From the IMG/VR virus record IMGVR_UViG_3300037467_000957, positions 1 to 25,121 of that record: DNA of 25,121 bases, one strand, 5' to 3'. Each line of letters starts with the position of its first letter. Position 1 is the first letter of the stretch. Origin of the DNA: a virus. Lineage: Duplodnaviria; Caudoviricetes. Position numbers and translations under genes: made by a program. Below are positions 1 to 6,725 of this stretch, piece by piece. The notes beneath the pieces are model-generated. The model ran no database searches and was not told the origin of the DNA. It worked only from the letters and a program-made list of their open reading frames with translations.

Positions 1-573
1 GGTGATGTACTCGGCCAGGGTCGGGTGCGGCTCGTAGAACTCCTGCTTGGTCTCGACCAGGGTCAGGCCCTGATGGCCTTGGAAATAAGTCCTGCGGGTC
101 TCCACCAGGCCCTGCTGGGTCAGGCTACTGTCCCGCACCATGGTCAGCTTGGACAGCTCCATAGCCTCCTTGATGGTCACCCCGCCCAGCGCCGTCATCA
201 GGTTCTTGGACTTCGGCTTGTCGTCGGTGACCTGGACCAGCAGCTCCTCGATCAAGTCCTTCGGGGTCGCCAGCTCGCCGCCATTAAACATCGGGTCGTA
301 AATCTCCGGGGGGTTAATCACCAGGCAGGTCAGCGACTTGGTCAGCATCAGCTTGTAGAGGTCGTTCATATCCGGCATCGCCGAAATCTTGGTGCCGAAC
401 GGAATGACATAGACGATCACCGAGCCCTCTTTGGCCCCCTTCATGTCGCTGAACTGGATCGGGGTCTTGCCGGTCAGGTGGTGGATCACTTCGGGCAGGT
501 TGATGGTGTCCCGCGTGGTCAACCCCACCAGCGGGAGCTGGGCCTCGATCATGGTCTTGATACGGTTGTTCAT
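1..573 (-). CDS. Probable AAA+ ATPase (Ycf46-like N-terminal region), partial, runs off the window
   Basis: Not in the ORF track. Hand translation is open from ATG 573 (SD GGGGAG; ATGA overlap with the upstream stop) to base 1: MNNRIKTMIEAQLPLVGLTTRD...ALGGVTIKEAMELSKLTMVRDSSLTQQGLVETRRTYFQGHQGLTLVET... It resembles the region preceding the Walker A motif in Ycf46-type ATPases; no Walker motif lies inside the window. Confidence 0.5.
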   Translation of the reverse strand, partial: MNNRIKTMIEAQLPLVGLTTRDTINLPEVIHHLTGKTPIQFSDMKGAKEGSVIVYVIPFGTKISAMPDMNDLYKLMLTKSLTCLVINPPEIYDPMFNGGELATPKDLIEELLVQVTDDKPKSKNLMTALGGVTIKEAMELSKLTMVRDSSLTQQGLVETRRTYFQGHQGLTLVETKQEFYEPHPTLAEYIT

Positions 574-818
574 TTTCTCCCCGTCAGTTTTTTGATGTCG
601 TCTACCGTGGCCCACGGTTGCTCAGCCACCATGAAGTACTTGTGATCGCGGTGGACCACGATCCCCAGCACCAGCATCTTGTTGATGATGCCTAGCACGC
701 TGCGGCCGTGGGCTGCGGCGATGTCCTGTAGCGGCACGCCGTCCTTGATCTCGCGGCGCAGCCGTTCGCATTCGTCTGGGGACCAGCCAACGATCTTGTC
801 CCCCGGGTGTCTACCCAC
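570..818 (-). CDS. Small helix-turn-helix protein (Myb/GcrA-N-like), paralog 2
   Basis: GTG start with GGAG SD; motif WSPDECERLRREIKDGVPLQDIAAAHGRSVLGIINKM; aligns along its length with 1003..1266. Confidence 0.7.
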   Translation of the reverse strand: MGRHPGDKIVGWSPDECERLRREIKDGVPLQDIAAAHGRSVLGIINKMLVLGIVVHRDHKYFMVAEQPWATVDDIKKLTGRK

Positions 819-861
819 GGAGCATCTCCAACCACTTCTGCTTCATCGCCAGTTTCTTCAT
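811..861 (-). CDS. Possible 16-aa micro-ORF MKKLAMKQKWLEMLRG
   Basis: ATG overlaps the upstream stop (TAATG) and its stop overlaps the start of 570..818, filling the gap exactly. Confidence 0.3.
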   Translation of the reverse strand: MKKLAMKQKWLEMLRG

Positions 862-1013
862 TATTTGCCCTCTTCTCGCTTGCAGCGTTCAATATACGCC
901 CAGAACATCTGCTTGGTTGGTGTGGGGGTGAACAGCCACGGCTTGGCGTTGCGCAGACAGTAGCCGCAGGTGAAGTTGCTCTCGCACTTGCAATCGGCCG
1001 ATCTAGTCATCAT
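861..1013 (-). CDS. 50-aa Cys-rich (putative zinc-binding) protein
   Basis: Below the ORF-track size cut-off: MMTRSADCKCESNFTCGYCLRNAKPWLFTPTPTKQMFWAYIERCKREEGK (CxC-x5-CxxC). It overlaps the stop of 1003..1266 and fills the intergenic gap. Confidence 0.65.
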   Translation of the reverse strand: MMTRSADCKCESNFTCGYCLRNAKPWLFTPTPTKQMFWAYIERCKREEGK

Positions 1014-1266
1014 TGCCCTCGTACATCTTCTTGACCTCTTCTGAGGTCACCCAGGGCTTCTCGTCCTTAACCAAATAGTACTTCCAGCCGCGCTCAACGA
1101 GCATGTTGAGCGACACCATCTTGCTGATTATCCCGTAAACGGTGCGGCCGTGGATAGTGGCAATATCCTGCAGACCGCGACCCGCGCGGACCTCGTCGCG
1201 CAACTGGTTGCACTCTTCCAAGGTCCACAGATTGCCGATATTGCGCGCGTTGACAGGCTTTTTCAC
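1003..1266 (-). CDS. Small helix-turn-helix protein (Myb/GcrA-N-like), paralog 1
   Basis: GTG start with strong SD AAGGAGGG; motif WTLEECNQLRDEVRAGRGLQDIATIHGRTVYGIISKM. Confidence 0.75.
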   Translation of the reverse strand: MKKPVNARNIGNLWTLEECNQLRDEVRAGRGLQDIATIHGRTVYGIISKMVSLNMLVERGWKYYLVKDEKPWVTSEEVKKMYEGNDD

Positions 1267-1309
1267 CCAGTGCCCTCCTTGGCTATGTGGTATTTAGGTG
1301 ATTTGGTGG

Positions 1310-1338
1310 ATTATAGAGGGTTTACAGCAGAATTAAAG
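1310..1338 (-). promoter_or_regulatory. Putative sigma70-type promoter for the HTH/ATPase operon
   Basis: Perfect TATAAT at 1315-1310 in an AT-rich gap, 44 nt upstream of the GTG. Only a weak -35 match (TTTAAT/CTTTAA at 16-17 nt spacing). Confidence 0.5.
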
Positions 1339-1344
1339 TGGGGA

Positions 1345-1359
1345 TGCAATTAATTGCAC
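1345..1359. repeat. Palindromic motif copy 1 (TGCAATTAATTGCAC)
   Basis: Exact match, just after the stop of 1361..1669 and just upstream of the putative -35. Overlaps an inverted repeat TGGGGATGCA (1339-1348) / TGCATCCCCA (1365-1374). Confidence 0.9.
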
Positions 1360-1360
1360 G

Positions 1361-1669
1361 TCAGTGCATCCCCAGCAGCTTGCTGCCCAGTCCTAGCATA
1401 TTGAGGATCGCCAGAAAGATGGCCCCGAAGATCAAGCGGCCAAACCAGGTCTGGTTGCCCTCGATCTTTTTGACCCGCTCGTCCAGCGCCTTGTACTTGC
1501 TCTCGTCGGCCTTGCCGGTGATGTCCTGTTCCAGCCCCTCGACACGTTCCGAGGTCGCCATCTTCTCCATATGCTTCTGGCTGGCAATCTGGCGCTCTTC
1601 TATGCGCGCCACCATCACCTTGATCTCAGTCAAGGTGGCGGCGGTTACCTGGTTGTCATCACCTTGCAT
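1361..1669 (-). CDS. XhlA-like membrane protein, holin candidate
   Basis: Start taken at MQGDDNQ (1669). Coiled coil followed by RVKKIEGNQTWFGRLIFGAIFLAILNMLGLG, a single C-terminal TM helix like haemolysin XhlA. Last gene of the lysis cassette. Confidence 0.6.
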   Translation of the reverse strand: MQGDDNQVTAATLTEIKVMVARIEERQIASQKHMEKMATSERVEGLEQDITGKADESKYKALDERVKKIEGNQTWFGRLIFGAIFLAILNMLGLGSKLLGMH

Positions 1670-2013
1670 TCGGGGGCCACCTTCCGCTTGTGCGCTGGGG
1701 GAGCTAGTCCCCGCTCGATGTCCTCGATCCAACACACGAGCCTCTCGCCGCAGCGGGCTTTGGCGTCGTTGTCTTGCTTCAGCTCGGCGATCTTCAGAGC
1801 CGCCGCCTGTGCCGAAGTTTTGCCTTCCGGCAATGGTCCCACTTTCGCACTGAAGCATGCTTTGATGTCCTGTGGTACGGGTGGTAGATCAACGGTGGCT
1901 ATGGGGTCCTGTTTCGGGGACTGCAGGTGCTCCAAGCCCCCAGAACTGGCGCAACCGGCCAGTAGCAGCGTCATCAAGACAGGGGCCATCCGCAATTTGC
2001 TGTGCCAGCGCAT
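1645..2013 (-). CDS. o-spanin (Rz1-like outer-membrane lipoprotein)
   Basis: Start 2013 with SD AAGGAG gives signal peptide MRWHSKLRMAPVLMTLLLAG-C (lipobox LAGC), then a Pro-rich segment and further Cys. Overlaps the 3' end of the i-spanin in another frame. Confidence 0.8.
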   Translation of the reverse strand: MRWHSKLRMAPVLMTLLLAGCASSGGLEHLQSPKQDPIATVDLPPVPQDIKACFSAKVGPLPEGKTSAQAAALKIAELKQDNDAKARCGERLVCWIEDIERGLAPPAHKRKVAPECKVMTTR

Positions 2014-2281
2014 CGCGCTGCTCCTTCGTCTTTTCAAGTGCGATTTGAGCTTGGGTGGCCCGGGCGGCGTCGTCATTGGCAGCATCGTTGATGACCCGGG
2101 CGCGATCCTGCAGCACCGCGATGGTGTGCTGCTGCGAGACCGTCTTGGCATTGGCCCAGCGCGCGTCGCTGAAGGCCTTCTCCAGCCGGTAGCCCAGCGT
2201 GCCCCCGAGCACCAGCGAGCTGACCCCGGCGATCAGCGCCCCTTTGACCCAGCCCGGCAGCAGCAGGAAGGCTTCCAACAT
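1889..2281 (-). CDS. i-spanin (Rz-like)
   Basis: Start MLEAFLL (2281). N-terminal TM helix, Ala/Gln-rich coiled coil and C-terminal Cys (GPCLDD). Directly follows the endolysin. Confidence 0.8.
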   Translation of the reverse strand: MLEAFLLLPGWVKGALIAGVSSLVLGGTLGYRLEKAFSDARWANAKTVSQQHTIAVLQDRARVINDAANDDAARATQAQIALEKTKEQRDALAQQIADGPCLDDAATGRLRQFWGLGAPAVPETGPHSHR

Positions 2282-2283
2282 GG

Positions 2284-3330
2284 CTAGAAGTCTCCCTCCG
2301 CGCTGTGGCGGCGACGCTCCCACCAGGCAAAGGCGCACAAGCACACCGTCAGCGTACCAATCACCGCGACCACCACCGGGTCGGTGAGGAAGTTCAGGAT
2401 GCTATGCAACGTGCTGGGGTCGGGGAGGCTTTCCTGCACCGTCTTAACCTGGCTGACCACCTGGCCGGTCTGGTTGACGACATCGGTGACGTGCTCCACC
2501 GCCCCGGTCCCGGTGTCGAACACACTCTTGACCACCGAGCCCGCCGCCCCTGTAACCGTCAACGCCCCGGTGGCGATCTGAGCGTTGCCGATCTTCGACT
2601 TCACCATCGGCTTGGCTTTGACCGCGTCCACCGCCTTCGGGGTCGCGACAAACACGTCTTGATCGGGCACCGGCACCGGATTGGTCTTGACAGGCGGCAG
2701 GACATCCTGGGGGTCCCCATCCTGGGCCCCATCGTCCGGGACCACGTCCAGGGGCGTCACCACCGCCAGCATCTTCGCGCCGTCCTTGGCCCACAGGCGC
2801 TGCTCGGCATCCCGCCGGTTTTGCAGCCCCTGCATGAACTTGCCCTTGGAGTGGACGTAGAGGTCGAACGCGGCGTAGGCCCCCGCAGTGTCGCCCCGGT
2901 TCAGCTTGGCGATCACCGACGACTTGCGCATGTTCGGGGTGCCCATATTGAAGCACAACGACACCAGCGCGTCGAACTGGGACTGGTTGACCGGGACCTT
3001 GAGCAGCTTATTGACGTCGGCAATGCATTGCTGGAGATCGGTGTGCAGGATGTCGTAGGCGTCCTGCAGCGTGAGGTCGGTGCCGCGCGCCAGCAGGTCC
3101 TTGCACTTCATCGGATGCCGGGCGGCGTCGGTGTGACCGAACCCGAAGGTCAAGGTGCCTTTGACCGGGGATCCCGGCTTCCAGCGCGGCGGGATCAGCA
3201 CGCTCTTGCCGTTCAGCTTCATCCGCACCATCTTGGCGAAGTCGTCGTAGACCCAGGGGACAAACTGCTCCCACCCGGCGATGAACTCTACCCCGCGTTC
3301 GTCAAGATCATATTGTTGCAGCACTGCCAC
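2284..3330 (-). CDS. Endolysin, GH24 phage lysozyme with C-terminal membrane-anchoring extension
   Basis: Motifs IAGWEQFVPWVYDD (E-x8-D), TLTFGFGHT, NQSQFDALVSLCFNMG and GLQNRRDAEQRLW. C-terminal hydrophobic helix VVVAVIGTLTVCLCAFAWW then ERRR. GTG 3330 fits the GGGGG SD; TTG 3336 is the alternative start. Confidence 0.9.
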   Translation of the reverse strand: MAVLQQYDLDERGVEFIAGWEQFVPWVYDDFAKMVRMKLNGKSVLIPPRWKPGSPVKGTLTFGFGHTDAARHPMKCKDLLARGTDLTLQDAYDILHTDLQQCIADVNKLLKVPVNQSQFDALVSLCFNMGTPNMRKSSVIAKLNRGDTAGAYAAFDLYVHSKGKFMQGLQNRRDAEQRLWAKDGAKMLAVVTPLDVVPDDGAQDGDPQDVLPPVKTNPVPVPDQDVFVATPKAVDAVKAKPMVKSKIGNAQIATGALTVTGAAGSVVKSVFDTGTGAVEHVTDVVNQTGQVVSQVKTVQESLPDPSTLHSILNFLTDPVVVAVIGTLTVCLCAFAWWERRRHSAEGDF

Positions 3331-3439
3331 GACCAAGCCCCCGAGATCGCCCGTACATGCTTTACGAGTATTCCCGGGGAACTACCAGTGCTGTGCATAA
3401 GTGTGGTCTACAACCTGACCACCCGACGATTTTCGGGCC

Positions 3440-3457
3440 AGTGCAATTAATTGCACT
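3440..3457. repeat. Palindromic motif copy 2 (AGTGCAATTAATTGCACT, 18-bp perfect)
   Basis: Abuts the TAA of 3457..6522, upstream of the endolysin; flanked by GGGCC/GGCCC. Confidence 0.9.
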
Positions 3458-6400
3458 TAGGCCCAGTCATCTACGTTCACCCACCCTGCGGTGCCGTCGC
3501 AGTCCACGATCAGCTCGAAGCAGCCGTCATCGGTGGGGACTGAAGTCGAGGCCGACAAGGTCTCGAATGACCCGGCCGACCCGGAGGCCGTGGCCAGCAC
3601 CACGTCATTGTTTTGCCCAAGCGCCGGATTGGCACGCTGGATCAGGCGTGGCTGATTGCCGTTATAGGCGGCCCCGTCCCCGGACACCGACTTGCGCACC
3701 TTGACCGAGACCGACGCAGCCGCCCCCGAGGCCACCGGGACCAGCACCCCTTTACGCTTTGGCGCACTGGCTAGCTTGTTGGAAGCGTTGTTGGGGGTCA
3801 TCCGCATCGACGGCGCAGCCGTGCTGTAGATCACGCTGTCGGTCTTGAGCTGCCCGTAGGTCATTTCGGTACGGTGGTCACCATTGGTCTGGTTGTAGCG
3901 TTGGATGTTCAGGTAAGAATTCTTCGACCAGTGTGCTTTGTTACCCGCCAACAAAGATGGAGCACCAAACTTGCAGTTAAGAAGTTGCCCTTCTATTGGC
4001 ATTAGTGAATTATTAGCTAGGAGAAAATCACTCGTGTCATGGGGGGCTAACCCCGTACCGACACCCGACATATCCACATTCGACAGGTTCAGTTGCAGCA
4101 AAGTCCAGGTACTTGAGTTATAGACCCCGTAGGAAGTTGAGAACGTCGCGTCTCCAGCGATCACGGAATTTCCGGTGATGTTAACTGCATCACCTCCACC
4201 AAGGGTGAAGTTTGCGCTGGACGAGCCCCGATTGCCGAACAGCACGAGGTCGTTGAATACGAGATCATACGCAGGGTCGGCCAGGAGAAAGACGCCGTAG
4301 GAATTATTCCGATAAGCCGTCAGCGCATCTACGGTCCCGGCTAACCCGCTCGCACTGATTATGCAACCGTACGCCGTGCAGGAATGCGCCGTGTTGCCGC
4401 TAAACGTGCCTATGATCGACCCACTTGAGATATTGAACCCGCCATTGATTGATCCAGCACCGACGGCCGTGTTGTTGGTGACCACACCAGACGCGTCTGC
4501 GAGCGCGAAACAATGCCCTGAAGGTGCTAACATTACCAAGTTATTGTCGAATATATAATCACCTAAGACGATAGACCCACTAAGAGTCAGGAACGAACCT
4601 GATTTGCTGTTCCACAACACATTGTTAGAGAACGTCAGGTTCAGCGAATTCCCACTGTTCAAATAAACGCCGAGGACATCACAGTCGTGAATTGAGCAAT
4701 AGGTGATGCTCCTAGCCCCGGCTGTGCCGCTCGACGCGTCGTCAATCTCGATGCCCCGCTTCTTGGTGGTGTTGGCCCCAATGTAATAGAACTCAGCCCA
4801 TGACGCGGTGAACATCGCCGTGGCGGTAATGTAAACGTAAGTCATCAGCGTCGAGGACGTGGACCTGATCTTGACGTTGCGGGTCAGCAACCCGACCTCG
4901 GCCTGCGTCGGTGAGGTACCGGAGTGCGTTGATACTGATATGCTGAAGGGGTATAGCGCACTGGTCAGCGACGACGCTCCTGCGTTAGCGTTAATTGGGT
5001 AAATTTCGCATTCAGACGCAGTTCTTGTGGTGGACGCCACACAAATCGCGTCACCGCTGAGCCACCCTGTGTCGGTATCGACATTGAATGTGGTATCTGA
5101 AATTGACGACGTGTTGACGATGGCAAGATGGTCCCACACGAAGGATTGTGTATTGGAGCCGGGGTAACTCGTTACCCCGGCCGCAGAGCATGCATTGATC
5201 AGAAGACGTGGTATAGACGGCGATCCCGAACTGATCTTGCCCGTTATTTTGACAACGTAACCCCCGCCCACTGGCACTATCGAGGCACTCGTGGCTGTCC
5301 CGGTCCCAATCGCAGTAGCCGTACCGATGGTACCTGCCTGCAAATCAATGTCTGCATAGAAGCCGTTAGCGACGCTGCTCAAGACGGTAGCATCGCCCAT
5401 CGTGATGCGAACGTAACGGTTATTAGTCCCGCTCCCTCGGGCTAACCAGACCGTTACCGTGTTCGTGTTGTTATCCGCGAGAAATACAATACCGTGCGTG
5501 GCGTTAGTCGTGTTCTCAAGAAAACCAACAGCGAATAGGGAAAGACCATCCGCACCAACCGAGTTCACGGCTCCCGTGCCATTGGTAACAGAACCTGCTC
5601 CCGTAGCTATCCCATTAGATGCTACATCCGCCGTCAGCTTGCACTTGACGACGTTCTTGCCGGAGGTGCGCGACAACCCTGCAATGTTGACCACAGAATT
5701 ATCGAGGCACTGCAACCCAAAGTCCCCATCCGCCGAGACTAGCTGGAACTCCAGCACTGCCGTCGAGCTGCGTGGTATCTCGGCCCCACTGGAGCCAATG
5801 TTCAGGGTGCCATACTGGTAGACGTTCAAGTCAGCGGCGGCACGGAGGATGTAATTGGTGGCGGCGCTGGTGCCGTAGCTCAAGGTGCCGTAGTTGCTGA
5901 CCGCGATCAGACCTCCAGCCACCGTGGTCGAGTTGACGCTGCCGTTACCGTAGGCGGTCGCCGCCGCGCTATCCATCGTCACGGCGCGACTGTTGTGCGT
6001 GCCCGCCCCAGTCAATTCACCAACGACGAACAAATCATCACCAGCGGCGGGGGTTGCGGCGGTCGTGGTGCGCAGCGCGCGTGTGAAGTTAGCCGTCGTG
6101 GACGTGGCGCGGTTATAAGTGACAGTCCCGGTGCCAGTGGTCGTAACGACGATTGTCCAATTCGAACCTCCGTCACCAGTCGCGGTGCTGCTCAGCTTGA
6201 ACAGCACCGGCACTGGGATCGCGTTCGTGCTGTCGGGAAGGTCGGACTTGTTGACGGTGACGCTGGCCTGCGACACCCCACCCTTTTGCAGATCGACCTT
6301 AAAAGTACCAGTCACCCCCGCTGCAGCTGACAGCCATAGCAACACCGCATCTATGACTTTACCGCTGGTCACGGTGAAGCTAGACGATGTAGACGACGAC

Positions 6401-6522
6401 GCTGCTGCGAACGTCGCCGTGCTGTTGCGCACGAGCGCCTGCGCGTTAGCCCCGACCTCCGTGGCAGCGAACGTACTTGCTCCGGTCAAGTTACCATCGG
6501 CATTGGCGATCAGTACAGCCAT
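3457..6522 (-). CDS. Tailspike/receptor-binding protein with G8-associated region and right-handed beta-helix (possible depolymerase)
   Basis: 1021 aa, rich in Ser/Thr/Gly/Asn. Motifs GWLSGDAICVAST and AEVGLLTRNVKIR resemble G8-domain proteins. PbH1-like repeats (ITYCSIHDC, TFSNNVLWN, VVTNNTAVG, FSGNTAHSC). Follows the tail fibre. Confidence 0.65.
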   Translation of the reverse strand: MAVLIANADGNLTGASTFAATEVGANAQALVRNSTATFAAASSSTSSSFTVTSGKVIDAVLLWLSAAAGVTGTFKVDLQKGGVSQASVTVNKSDLPDSTNAIPVPVLFKLSSTATGDGGSNWTIVVTTTGTGTVTYNRATSTTANFTRALRTTTAATPAAGDDLFVVGELTGAGTHNSRAVTMDSAAATAYGNGSVNSTTVAGGLIAVSNYGTLSYGTSAATNYILRAAADLNVYQYGTLNIGSSGAEIPRSSTAVLEFQLVSADGDFGLQCLDNSVVNIAGLSRTSGKNVVKCKLTADVASNGIATGAGSVTNGTGAVNSVGADGLSLFAVGFLENTTNATHGIVFLADNNTNTVTVWLARGSGTNNRYVRITMGDATVLSSVANGFYADIDLQAGTIGTATAIGTGTATSASIVPVGGGYVVKITGKISSGSPSIPRLLINACSAAGVTSYPGSNTQSFVWDHLAIVNTSSISDTTFNVDTDTGWLSGDAICVASTTRTASECEIYPINANAGASSLTSALYPFSISVSTHSGTSPTQAEVGLLTRNVKIRSTSSTLMTYVYITATAMFTASWAEFYYIGANTTKKRGIEIDDASSGTAGARSITYCSIHDCDVLGVYLNSGNSLNLTFSNNVLWNSKSGSFLTLSGSIVLGDYIFDNNLVMLAPSGHCFALADASGVVTNNTAVGAGSINGGFNISSGSIIGTFSGNTAHSCTAYGCIISASGLAGTVDALTAYRNNSYGVFLLADPAYDLVFNDLVLFGNRGSSSANFTLGGGDAVNITGNSVIAGDATFSTSYGVYNSSTWTLLQLNLSNVDMSGVGTGLAPHDTSDFLLANNSLMPIEGQLLNCKFGAPSLLAGNKAHWSKNSYLNIQRYNQTNGDHRTEMTYGQLKTDSVIYSTAAPSMRMTPNNASNKLASAPKRKGVLVPVASGAAASVSVKVRKSVSGDGAAYNGNQPRLIQRANPALGQNNDVVLATASGSAGSFETLSASTSVPTDDGCFELIVDCDGTAGWVNVDDWA

Positions 6523-6725
6523 TATTTCAGCCCCATGTTGTCGGGTAACCCGTTAAACCAGAATTTCAAGCCACCCGACGGGGTGGCGACGCGCTTGCCG
6601 TTGTACGGCAGCCCGTTGAACCAGTACTTCAGGCCGGAGTTGGCCCCGGTGTCCCCGCCGCCTGGATCGATGCCGCCGCCCTCTCCGGGGACCAGCACCG
6701 CTTGGTTCAAGTTGCCTGGGATCAT
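6522..6725 (-). CDS. Small tail-associated protein with duplicated GLK(Y/F)WFNGLP motif
   Basis: Coupled at both ends (ATGA overlap with the fibre stop, TAATG with the tailspike start); internal 10-aa repeat. Confidence 0.7.
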   Translation of the reverse strand: MIPGNLNQAVLVPGEGGGIDPGGGDTGANSGLKYWFNGLPYNGKRVATPSGGLKFWFNGLPDNMGLK

